Below, piece after piece: positions 30,291 to 39,927 of a DNA stretch of 64,000 bases (position 1 is the first letter of the stretch; every line of letters begins with the position of its first letter). The stretch is from Promethearchaeota archaeon Loki_b32 (GTDB lineage: Archaea; Asgardarchaeota; Lokiarchaeia; Sigyniarchaeales; SOKP01): NCBI GenBank assembly GCA_005223125.1, contig NJBH01000004.1:96001-160000 (forward strand). Direction: 5' to 3'. A model generated the notes under the pieces. That model saw nothing but the letters and a program-made list of their open reading frames with translations, did no database searches and had not been told where the DNA came from. Position numbers and translations under genes: made by a program.

Positions 30291-31158
30291 CATATTAATT
30301 AGTGAAGAGAATTTGTAGAAAATATAAAAAAGAAGCGAAAAGATTAGGGTGGACAGTGGATTATCTAAAAGCCCATATCAGAAAAGAAGAAAGGGTTAAG
30401 GAAGTATTTGAGAAACTAAATAAGAAGGAAAAATTCAAGAAGCTCTAATTCATTAAAAGAACAAAATTGTTCTCTTACTGACTATACTAAAATTTGTCGG
30501 AGTCTTGACATTTAAATCTCTATAAATCAATTTCTTTCCATGTGAGTAAATATTCATCTTATTATGATTGGGAATTACGATTCCGAAAGGCAAAAAAAAG
30601 ACATATGCGGGATAGAAAGAACCCTTTAGGATTATATCACCACCAATTTGAAGCATTCCTTAAAGAGTGGAAGAAAAAGAATTTTCCAACTAAAGAAAAG
30701 AAGGAAAATGGAAAATAATATCTTCCAAATACTCCAATATTTCTTTTGGAGTAAAATATTATAATAAAATTATCCATAAATTATGGGTATGACAAAATAG
30801 TATTTTAAGAGTCTGATCTCATTTATATTGAACCTTGAAATCATACTCTTTATGACAGAAACCCATAATTATTCAGCTTTTCAAGGAAAATCAGGGCTGA
30901 TTATAAATTCTAATACTTCCCAATGGATTTCTGCTTGCTGGCTCGGAGTACAACTTCAATTTTAATATCTTTTTACATATCTTCAATACAATATTTACAC
31001 ATACATTTTCCTTCGATAACTTTTAATTTATTTTTTCGAGTTCTTTCTCCACATAAACTAACATCTATGTAAAGGTAGAATTATTTAAACCGTGTAGATT
31101 CAGTTATGTTTTAACCTGTGTTAATTAAATTAGCATATTGAATATCGTCAATGAAAAG

Positions 31159-31503
31159 TCAAAACGTTCTTCCATTCCAACCCCACATTGATCCGTTTGC
31201 GTTGGCAAACTCGATGTAGATTCTTTCTTTATTGACTCCGAATTCTTCTTCTGCAAAATCACATAATGATTTAGAAAGATCAGCTGTTTTTGATTCTGCA
31301 AGTCCAATACTCTTAAGTTCCATGAATATTATCGGTTCACCTACTCCTGCAAAAACCATCTTTATTGATGGCTCAAGTGCGACCATCACATAACTTTCAG
31401 GTTTACCTAATCCCGTTGCAACAAGTTTTGAAGCTTTCTCTACTATTTCTAGTTTCTTTCCATCTTCTACATCTTGATTTGTTTGTATTTTTAGATATGG
31501 CAT
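31159..31503 (-). CDS. MIF / phenylpyruvate tautomerase family protein
   Basis: M-P-YLKIQTN (catalytic Pro1), GKPESYVMV, LKSIG, ERIYIEF, WGWNG. Start reassigned to the ATG at 31503, downstream of AGGAGG. Confidence 0.92.
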   Translation of the reverse strand: MPYLKIQTNQDVEDGKKLEIVEKASKLVATGLGKPESYVMVALEPSIKMVFAGVGEPIIFMELKSIGLAESKTADLSKSLCDFAEEEFGVNKERIYIEFANANGSMWGWNGRTF

Positions 31504-31865
31504 AAACATTCCTCCTGATAATAATCATTATTAGAATCCGAAAGAGGGAATAGCAAAATCATTCATTGCGCTAAGACTTTTTGAGACCAAATAGTTATTG
31601 TCGGGATTGGCTTTGGAAAATCGATGTAAGAAAAAGAAACTTACTACGGGGATAAAGGTTCCAAGATATATGGAAATAGTTAGTAATAAAGAGAATAAAA
31701 TTGCATTTCTAAAATTAGTTGTTTCTGACATGTTTAGATATAGGAAATTTATTATTAAAAAGTTAAGTATCTTTAGTTTTTTAGTAATTCCCAAAACAAA
31801 GGTTTTAAATTAAAAAAAAATGAGTTAGGTTTCATTAATTTTTCAGCCTATTTCTTTATTTCTTA

Positions 31866-32459
31866 TTATCCATAATCAAACTCAGTTTCGAATTGTATTC
31901 CAAACTCTACTTCTAAAAATGGGACTATCTCTTTATAGTGTTTTTGGGTAATATAAGTATAATCTTTCCCTAAACTTAATTTAGAGTTAAAACTTAACCC
32001 TCCTTGAAATTCAAAGCCGATATGACTAAAGGCATTCAAAGCATTTTTGCGAATATTTAAATCCAAATCCTTAACCCCATCTATGGAATCTAAAACTTCT
32101 TCATCATCTCTAATTAAATCAAATATGATTCTCTTCTTAGATGTAGTATTAAAGTAATCAACCCAGGTCTTCCAAATTATATCGACATACAATGTAAGGT
32201 ATTCAATAGTTTCCAGATCTAAATTTCTTATGATCTTTAATGCTTCTCTAGCACCATCAATACCAGATGGTAATAGTTGCTTTTTATATTTATAAGGGTG
32301 ATTTAGATCTAGTTCTTCTTGATGTTTTTTAATTCGGATTTCTGCAATTTCTTTCTTCTCTAGGTATAACTCATTTAATTTGTTTTTTTCTGCCTCTGGA
32401 CCTTGATGGAAACGATATTGGTTTAAATCATAATCTAAAACATCGAGAAAATATTTATT
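31866..32459 (-). pseudogene. Orphan 3' fragment (about 197 codons) of an unknown larger gene
   Basis: The frame stays open about 89 codons upstream of the ORF-track TTG with no ATG or GTG, then hits a stop. Confidence 0.5.
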
Positions 32460-32591
32460 TTACTATAGTACTATAAATTTTGATGAAATCGATGAGGTCA
32501 ACTTAGAAGATACCTCACAAGAAATATACGAATATATTTCAGATTTTTTTATTAAAATTCAAAATTTTATTTATCCGGAGTGAGATAAAAA

Positions 32592-32825
32592 ATGGAAAAA
32601 GATATAATCTTGAATGATATGATAGAAAAAATATTACTTGATGATAAAAGTCTAAAGGCAATGAAAGAAGCAATTGATAAGGTAAGTAAAGGAATAATGA
32701 CAGCAAAACATTTTCGTGAAAAATATATTAAAAAACGAGAAAATGAATTCCGCCAGTTATGTAATTTATTTCCTTATTACATGAAGCAGGTGATGAATCA
32801 ACAGCCAATCAAAGACTTTACATAA
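32592..32825 (+). CDS. Hypothetical protein, possibly truncated by a nonsense codon
   Basis: ATG ORF. The same frame continues about 43 codons beyond the TAA, to 32957. Confidence 0.45.
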   Translation: MEKDIILNDMIEKILLDDKSLKAMKEAIDKVSKGIMTAKHFREKYIKKRENEFRQLCNLFPYYMKQVMNQQPIKDFT

Positions 32826-33019
32826 CATACTAACGACCTTCAATTGGAAAAAGAATTACAGGAAAGAAATCAATTTCTTGAGCAGGTTGGATTACGGGTA
32901 AGGATTCTTTATGAGAAATTAAGGAATCTTCAAGAAGCTAATGTTATATCCCGTTAAACCTAATTGACAATAGATAAGAATGTATATAAAGGAAATTAAC
33001 CTCATTATTAATTACTTAC

Positions 33020-34792
33020 ATGTATGGCGAAAATAAGATGAAATCAAATGCAAAATCAAATTTAATCATTATGGGAATCCTTTTCGCTTTATTACCAATA
33101 ATTACAACTAATCTTAGTTATAATACGGACAATAATAACAAAAGTTTGAACTATTGCGATGATTTTACTTTAGATAAGAATAATTTGAAAACCTTAGCAG
33201 TTTCGGGAAAAATTCATATTGACAACAATTGGACTGCTGCTGAGGCTGCGGGAATATGTACAGGGAATGGCACTTATTCCAACCCTTATATTATAGAAGA
33301 TTTGGTAATAGATGGCGGAGGTTCGGGAAGTTGTATCATGATTGAAAATTCTGATGTGTACTTTAGGATTGAGAACTGTTCTGTCTATAATTCGGGAGGA
33401 TATCCAAATGCGGGTGCTGGTATCCAATTAAACAATGTTACTAAAGGAAAATTAGTTATAAACAATTGTACATCTAATGCTTATGGGATATCTTTATATG
33501 ATTGTAATAATAACACCATTTCGGGAAATACTGTTGATAATAACAATTTAAATGGGATATATTTAGATTTTAGTGATAATAACATCATCTCGGGAAACTC
33601 CGCTGATAACAATCATTATGGGATATATTTAGATAGCCAATGTGATAATAACAATATTTCAGGAAACTCCGCTGATAACAATCATTATGGGATATTTTTA
33701 TTTGATAATTGTGATAATAACATCATCTCGGGAAACACCGCAAATTACAACTCTTATGGGATATATTTAGTGTATAGTGATTATAACACGGTCTCAGGAA
33801 ACACCGCAAATTACAACACTTATGGGATATATTTATGGGATAGTAAAAATACCACTATTTCGGGAAACATAATGAATGAATGTGGATTAAACTTTTGGCG
33901 TTCTTTTGAAGAACTAAATATTGATACTACAAATTTAGTGAATGGAAAACCTTTATATTATTACAGCAATGACGTAAATTTAGGACCAGCCAATTTTATA
34001 AACGCTGGGCAAGTAATATTGGTCAATTGTAGTGATTCACTCATATCAAACTTGAATGTTTCTTACAGTTCTAATGGAATTTCATTATATTATTGTATTA
34101 ACAACACCATCTCGGGAAATACTGTTGATAATAACAATTTAAATGGGATATATTTACGTTATAGTGATAATAACATCATCTCGGGAAACATCGCAATTGA
34201 CAACGCCAATTATGGGATATTTTTATTTGATAATTGTGATAATAACATCGTCTCGGGAAACACCGCAATTAACAACTATTGGGCTGGGATAGGATTATTT
34301 TATAGTATTAATAGTACGATTTCGGGAAATACTGCAAGTGACAATAAGTATGGGATAGATATATGGCATAGTTATAATAATATAATCTCGGGAAACACCG
34401 CAAATTACAACTCTTATGGGATATATTTAGAGGATAGTGGTTATAACACGGTCTCAGGAAACACCGCAAATTACAACACTTATGGGATATGTTTAGAGTA
34501 TAGTGGTTATAACACGGTCTCAGGAAACACCGCAAATTACAATTATAGGTACGGGATGAATTTGTGTGAGAGTAATTATAACGTTATTTCGGGAAATACC
34601 TTAATAGGAAATGATGCATGCATCGTAGAAGATAATTGTGTAGGGAATGAATTTAGTGATAATGGCTCTTGTACCTATGGTGACGGTGGTAGTAAAGGAG
34701 ATGGAACGATTTCAGGATATAATCTATTCTTTCTGCTTGCCATTCTTTCGGTTGCTGTAATCCTTATAAGCAAAAAACTAAAGAAAGGTTAA
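33020..34792 (+). CDS. NosD/CASH parallel beta-helix surface protein with Loki-CTERM-like anchor
   Basis: N-terminal hydrophobic signal, many 22-23 aa GIYL..s..N.isGN repeats, C-terminal ISGY + TM + KKLKKG. Confidence 0.9.
   Translation: MYGENKMKSNAKSNLIIMGILFALLPIITTNLSYNTDNNNKSLNYCDDFTLDKNNLKTLAVSGKIHIDNNWTAAEAAGICTGNGTYSNPYIIEDLVIDGGGSGSCIMIENSDVYFRIENCSVYNSGGYPNAGAGIQLNNVTKGKLVINNCTSNAYGISLYDCNNNTISGNTVDNNNLNGIYLDFSDNNIISGNSADNNHYGIYLDSQCDNNNISGNSADNNHYGIFLFDNCDNNIISGNTANYNSYGIYLVYSDYNTVSGNTANYNTYGIYLWDSKNTTISGNIMNECGLNFWRSFEELNIDTTNLVNGKPLYYYSNDVNLGPANFINAGQVILVNCSDSLISNLNVSYSSNGISLYYCINNTISGNTVDNNNLNGIYLRYSDNNIISGNIAIDNANYGIFLFDNCDNNIVSGNTAINNYWAGIGLFYSINSTISGNTASDNKYGIDIWHSYNNIISGNTANYNSYGIYLEDSGYNTVSGNTANYNTYGICLEYSGYNTVSGNTANYNYRYGMNLCESNYNVISGNTLIGNDACIVEDNCVGNEFSDNGSCTYGDGGSKGDGTISGYNLFFLLAILSVAVILISKKLKKG
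33725..34490 (+). repeat. Near-identical intragenic repeats within the beta-helix gene
   Basis: 33725-33830 vs 34385-34490 are 103/106 identical (offset 660). 33512-33598 and 34103-34189 are also near-identical. Confidence 0.9.
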
Positions 34793-34868
34793 ATTCTATT
34801 TTTTTCTTTTTTATTCTATTTTTTTCAGCTCTCGACTGAATTATATTTAAAGGCAAAATTTTATTTTG

Positions 34869-34988
34869 CCCCCCAAAAATAACCCCAAAACCATTTCCCA
34901 AGAATAATCCAACATACATTGATCCGAATCTTTTTCCTCTTTCATTTGAAATAAATAAATCTCCAATTATAGAAAATCCAATTATTGC
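34869..34988 (-). pseudogene. MFS transporter internal fragment
   Basis: AIIGFSIIGDLFISNERGKRFGSMYVGLFLGNGFGVIFGG matches the MFS TM4-TM5 pattern (D.f...eRG). Confidence 0.6.
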
Positions 34989-35183
34989 ATTAGTCTTTTA
35001 AATTTTTGTTACATTAATCTTATAGGTCTTCAATTTAATCTTTTAGAATGATTAAAGCAATGTATAAAATCTAGAAGATCAATTATTACTTTTTCTTTAG
35101 CTATTCTGGATATTAGAAGTGAGCACACTAACTTTCATACTCACCGATCGTATCCATTATTTATACCAACAAGAGACTTATCT

Positions 35184-36650
35184 TCACACATTATCTGGGT
35201 TCCAAAATGATTTTACTCCATGGAAGTCTTTGAAGTTCTTTATATTATGGATAAGGACCTTGAGCATTGAAAAAAATTTGTAAGAATTTGTGGTACTTCT
35301 ATAAAATGATTTCAGCAAAAAATTAGGATTCATAAAAAACTGCTTTAGCATTACCAGAATTAAATTAGAAATCTTTTCTGTTGGTACTCCATTCGGGTCA
35401 ATGTCAGAGATATGAACTCCTTCTTCCCAATATTTATCTTCATCAAGAATATTTTTCTCAACCATTTCATCCCAAATATCAGTTCCAGGCATTGTTCCAA
35501 GAAGATTATAAACGGGAAAATCAATGTCTATTTTTTGAGCAAACTTTAATGTATTATATATCTCTTTAAAAGTTTCACTAGGTGCACCAACAATAAATGA
35601 ACCTAAGATAAATGGAATTTTTGCTTTTCGTGTTTTTTTTACTGCAGCGATTGATTGTGCCGGTGTAATTCCTTTTTTATAATAGTCAAGAATTCTTTGA
35701 TTTGCACTTTCTACACCAAAAAAAATAATTCTGCAATTTGCTCTTTTCATTTCCCTCAACATTTCATCAGAGACTTGATTTACCCTTCCTTCACATATCC
35801 AATCAAGATCTACTTTATGTTTTTGCATTAATCGACAAAGCCTTATGACTCTTTTTTTCGATACTGTAAAATTATCATCTACAAAATTTAGATATTTATA
35901 TCCTTCACTATCTAAATGTAAGATTTCTTCCATAATATTCTCTACAGAACGGGTTCTAAATCCAACAGTTCTTTTTCCATAACAAAAAGTACAATGATAA
36001 GGGCACCCTCGAGAGGAAACCATAGATGTAAAACCCTTGGGTGCAAATTCCAACCCCCCAAAACTTCCTTTATAATCCATTTTCAAAGCTTTTCTATCCG
36101 GGAGTGGGATAGAGTCAAGATCTTTAATTAGAGGGCGTTGTTCATTTCTCTTGAATTTTCCATTTTCTCTATAAGTTAAACCTTTAATATCTTTTAACGG
36201 TTGATTTCTTTCTAGTGCTTTTACTAATTCTAGGAAGGTATATTCCCCTTCATCTCTTACACAAATATCAACTTGGGAGTATTTATTTAGAATTCTATAA
36301 TCATTATGGTTTGCATGTCGATTTCCAAACACTATCTTAATATTGGGGTTCCACTTTTTTACTTCGATAGAAGTTAAGGCTGCACTAATTCCTGATCCTG
36401 ATACTGTTAAAGTAGAAAATCCTAAAATGTCCGGGTCTTGCTTTTTAATCCATCTTACTATTTGCTGTAAATTAAAACCTCTTGCTGCTTGGTCAATTAT
36501 ATCAACTTGATAATTTTCTTTTTTTAATACCGCACTTAGATAGCAGATACCTAAAGGAGGATATATATGATCTGCATTTACGATAATTCTACCTTTACTT
36601 AGAATTTCTCCTGGCCCTGGATTTACTAACGCGATTTTAAATATCTTCAC
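35184..36650 (-). CDS. Cobalamin-binding radical SAM protein
   Basis: PPLGICYLSA, SRGCPYHCTFC. Clear paralog of 28718..30181. Confidence 0.92.
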   Translation of the reverse strand: MKIFKIALVNPGPGEILSKGRIIVNADHIYPPLGICYLSAVLKKENYQVDIIDQAARGFNLQQIVRWIKKQDPDILGFSTLTVSGSGISAALTSIEVKKWNPNIKIVFGNRHANHNDYRILNKYSQVDICVRDEGEYTFLELVKALERNQPLKDIKGLTYRENGKFKRNEQRPLIKDLDSIPLPDRKALKMDYKGSFGGLEFAPKGFTSMVSSRGCPYHCTFCYGKRTVGFRTRSVENIMEEILHLDSEGYKYLNFVDDNFTVSKKRVIRLCRLMQKHKVDLDWICEGRVNQVSDEMLREMKRANCRIIFFGVESANQRILDYYKKGITPAQSIAAVKKTRKAKIPFILGSFIVGAPSETFKEIYNTLKFAQKIDIDFPVYNLLGTMPGTDIWDEMVEKNILDEDKYWEEGVHISDIDPNGVPTEKISNLILVMLKQFFMNPNFLLKSFYRSTTNSYKFFSMLKVLIHNIKNFKDFHGVKSFWNPDNV

Positions 36651-36815
36651 CGTTTATTTATTGATTATTAGATGTTTTCTCTCTAATTAAAAATAAAAAT
36701 CTTTATTGATTATCTTTCAATTATTCTTAAATAATTTAATTTTAATCAAATATTTGTAGTTTCTTTTAGTTTATGAATACTAAATTAAGGAATTAATTAA
36801 AATTAGTGAATTATA

Positions 36816-37691
36816 TTGTTAAAAGGAAAAAATGTAGTAATAACTGGAGCAGGTAGAGGGATTGGAAAAGCAATAGCATTAGCATGTGCCAAAGAAGGAG
36901 CAAATCTAGGTTTAGTCGCAAGAACAATCGAAGAACTGAATAATATTAAGAAGGAAGTAGAAGATCTAGGAACAAATATGAAGGTTATTGTTCAATCAGC
37001 AGATGTTACTAATTTTCAAGAAGTAATGGAAGCTTTTATGACAATTCATGAAGAAATTGGTTTTTTTAATGGTGTAATCGCAAATGCAGGTTATTCTCGA
37101 ATGTGGGCCACTCATGAATTTATTAACGAAAAATTTGCTGAAATTTTAAATGTGAACGTACTCGGAGTCTTTTACACATTTAAAGCAGCTTATCCTTACA
37201 TGAAGAAGGATGATAAAAAAGATAAAGCAAGATTTATTATAACTGGAAGTGAAGCATATCCAAACGCTCCATCAAGACTTACTGCATATGTCGCAAGTAA
37301 ATTTGCCGTTGTAGGAATGCAAAAAGCCATGTCAGCAGAATATAAAAGAGAGAATATTAATTTTACTATGGTATTACCAACACAAATAGATACACGTTTA
37401 TTGAGAGGAAAGAAAGCAGGAGATGGAAACAAACCGGAGCATGTTTTAAATCCTTGGGATTTAAATGATTATTATCTTTTTCTATTATCTGAAAAAGCTA
37501 ATAGAGTTGATAATGGTCTAATCTTTACCTACGACTTTCAAGAAGTAAAGAAATTATTAGCTGAAGCTCCTTCAGGCAAGAAGGAGAATTGGGAGGTTTT
37601 CAAAGATTTTTTTGAGGAAAAAGCTCCAAAAAGTTATGAAAACGTTAAAAATCTTGGAAAACTCGTTGATTTTATTATTACTCGGTCTTAA
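36816..37691 (+). CDS. Short-chain dehydrogenase/reductase
   Basis: TGAGRGIG, NAG, YVASK. Confidence 0.92.
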   Translation: MLKGKNVVITGAGRGIGKAIALACAKEGANLGLVARTIEELNNIKKEVEDLGTNMKVIVQSADVTNFQEVMEAFMTIHEEIGFFNGVIANAGYSRMWATHEFINEKFAEILNVNVLGVFYTFKAAYPYMKKDDKKDKARFIITGSEAYPNAPSRLTAYVASKFAVVGMQKAMSAEYKRENINFTMVLPTQIDTRLLRGKKAGDGNKPEHVLNPWDLNDYYLFLLSEKANRVDNGLIFTYDFQEVKKLLAEAPSGKKENWEVFKDFFEEKAPKSYENVKNLGKLVDFIITRS

Positions 37692-37853
37692 GAATTAATT
37701 CTATAGTTTTTATTTCTACATTTAAAATTATTATTTTTCATTGAAAAGAATAAAATAAAGTTAAAATAATTTTAAACTCTTATCTAATTGAAGAGTTAAC
37801 ATTTATAAAATAATAGATTAAACCTCCAAGTTAACCTTTGAGGGATAATTATT

Positions 37854-39509
37854 ATGACTGAACACGACAAAATTAAACAAGATAAGGAAGAATGGGAAAA
37901 TTCTATTTCACTTAAAAAAGAAAGAAAACAAAGTTTTAGGAACTTATCTGAAATAGAAATTAATAGATTATATACTCCCAATGATATTAAAGATTTTAAT
38001 TATGCTCTTGATTTAGGATTTCCAGGTCAATACCCCTTTACACGAGGAGCATATCCAAATATGTATAGAGGGCAACTATGGACTATGCGTCAATTCGCAG
38101 GATTTGGAAATGCAGAACAAACAAATAAACGCTATAAATTTTTAATTAATCATGGTAATACTGGTTTAAGTGTAGCTTTTAGTTTGCATACTATTTATGG
38201 CATTGATGCAACTGATCCAAGAGCCTTAGGGGAAATTGGTAAGGAGGGTGTAGCAATAGATTCTCTAAAAGATATGCAAACTTTATTTGATGGGATTGAC
38301 CTTTCAAAGATAAGTACTTCTATGACTATTAATGGTCCTGCTTCAATTTTACTAGCCTTATATATTGTGACCGCTGAAAAACAAGGCCATACTCCAGATC
38401 AGTTAAGAGGAACTATTCAAAATGATATTTTGAAAGAATATATTGCTCAAAAATCGTGGATTTTTCCTCCTGAACCATCAATGCGAATTATAATTGATAC
38501 GATAGAGTATTGTGCAAAATACGTCCCTCAATGGTATACCATAAGTATAAGTGGTTATCACATCAGAGAAGCGGGATCTACAGCAGTTCAAGAATTAGCT
38601 TTTACATTAGCAGATGGTTTTGCATATGTTGAAGCTGCGTTAGAGAGAGGCTTGGACATAGATGATTTTGCGCCTCGTTTATCCTTTTTCTTTAATTCAC
38701 ACAATAATTTTTTTGAGGAAGTGTGCAAATATCGAGCAGCAAGACGAATATGGGCTAGACATATGAAAAATAAATATGAAGCAAAGAAACCAGAATCAAT
38801 GCGATTAAGATTTCATACGCAAACCGCAGGAGTATCATTAGCAGCTCAAGAACCTGAAAATAATATCGCAAGAGTTACTCTACAAGCACTAGCTTCGGTT
38901 CTAGGAGGAACTCAATCATTACACACTAATTCTTTTGATGAGGCATTATGTCTTCCAACAGAAAATGCTGTGAAAATTGCGTTACGAACTCAACAAATAA
39001 TTGCTTATGAATCAGGAGTAACAGATACAGTTGATCCATTAGCAGGTTCTTATTATGTAGAATGGCTCACAAATAAAATGGAAGAAGAAGCAGAAAACTA
39101 TTTTCAACAAATTGAAGACCTTGGAGGTGTGATTCCCGCAATAAAAGCTAATTTCTTTCAAAAAGAAATTGCTAATGCTTCTTATAAATATCAGCAAGAA
39201 ATTGAGAATAGAGAAAGAACAATCGTTGCTGTAAATCAATTTGAACAAAGAGAACCATGCTCTGTACCTCTTTTAAAAATTGATGAAGAGATTGCGAATG
39301 AGCAAATTAGAAAACTTAATAAATTAAAAGAAGAACGAGATAATAAAAAAGTTAATGAGAAATTAGAAAGATTAAAAGAAGCAGCCAAAGGAACAGAAAA
39401 TTTAATGCCATTCATTATTGATGCAATAAGAGAATATGCATCCATAGGAGAGATTATAAATGTTTTAAAAGAAATTTTTGGTGCATATCATGAGGATTCA
39501 ATATACTAG
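37854..39509 (+). CDS. Acyl-CoA mutase large (substrate-binding) subunit, isobutyryl-CoA mutase-type residues
   Basis: FPGQYPFTRG, WTMRQFAGFG, GTIQNDILKEYIAQ, SISGYHIREAG, HTQTAG, QSLHTN. Confidence 0.93.
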   Translation: MTEHDKIKQDKEEWENSISLKKERKQSFRNLSEIEINRLYTPNDIKDFNYALDLGFPGQYPFTRGAYPNMYRGQLWTMRQFAGFGNAEQTNKRYKFLINHGNTGLSVAFSLHTIYGIDATDPRALGEIGKEGVAIDSLKDMQTLFDGIDLSKISTSMTINGPASILLALYIVTAEKQGHTPDQLRGTIQNDILKEYIAQKSWIFPPEPSMRIIIDTIEYCAKYVPQWYTISISGYHIREAGSTAVQELAFTLADGFAYVEAALERGLDIDDFAPRLSFFFNSHNNFFEEVCKYRAARRIWARHMKNKYEAKKPESMRLRFHTQTAGVSLAAQEPENNIARVTLQALASVLGGTQSLHTNSFDEALCLPTENAVKIALRTQQIIAYESGVTDTVDPLAGSYYVEWLTNKMEEEAENYFQQIEDLGGVIPAIKANFFQKEIANASYKYQQEIENRERTIVAVNQFEQREPCSVPLLKIDEEIANEQIRKLNKLKEERDNKKVNEKLERLKEAAKGTENLMPFIIDAIREYASIGEIINVLKEIFGAYHEDSIY

Positions 39510-39519
39510 GTGATATCAA

Positions 39520-39921
39520 ATGTCAAAAGAAAGAAAAATCAAGGTTCTATGTTGTAAACCCGGGCTTGATGGTCATGATAGAGGTGTTAAAGTTCTAGCA
39601 AGAGCTCTAAGAGATGCAGGAATGGAAGTAATTTACACTGGCATACACCAAACTCCAGATGATATTGTAAATACCGTTATCCAGGAAGACCCGGATGCTG
39701 TAATGTTAAGTATGTTATCTGGCTCTCATAATGCAATATGCCCTATTATCATGGATAAATTAAAAGAACATGGTATTGATGATGTTCTAGTCGCTGTAGG
39801 TGGCATAATTCCTGATGAAGATAAAACATTCTTAGAAAGTCACGGTCTTAAAGGATTTTATGGTCCTGGTACTGATTTAAAAACGATTGTTGATTTTGTT
39901 AAAAACAACCTAAAAAGATAA
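39520..39921 (+). CDS. Acyl-CoA mutase small (cobalamin-binding) subunit
   Basis: KPGLDGHDRG, GGIIP. AGGTGA lies 6 nt before the ATG. Confidence 0.93.
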   Translation: MSKERKIKVLCCKPGLDGHDRGVKVLARALRDAGMEVIYTGIHQTPDDIVNTVIQEDPDAVMLSMLSGSHNAICPIIMDKLKEHGIDDVLVAVGGIIPDEDKTFLESHGLKGFYGPGTDLKTIVDFVKNNLKR

Positions 39922-39927
39922 TACTAA

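Noticed and set aside
33480-34610. Regularly spaced 66-69 nt repeats considered as a CRISPR array or DGR
   Set aside because: They are in-frame coding repeats of a beta-helix protein. There are no unique spacers, cas genes, reverse transcriptase or adenine-specific template pair.
30291-35183. Provirus or integrative element
   Set aside because: No integrase, capsid, replication or conjugation genes are recognisable, and the flanking repeats are diverged rather than identical att sites.
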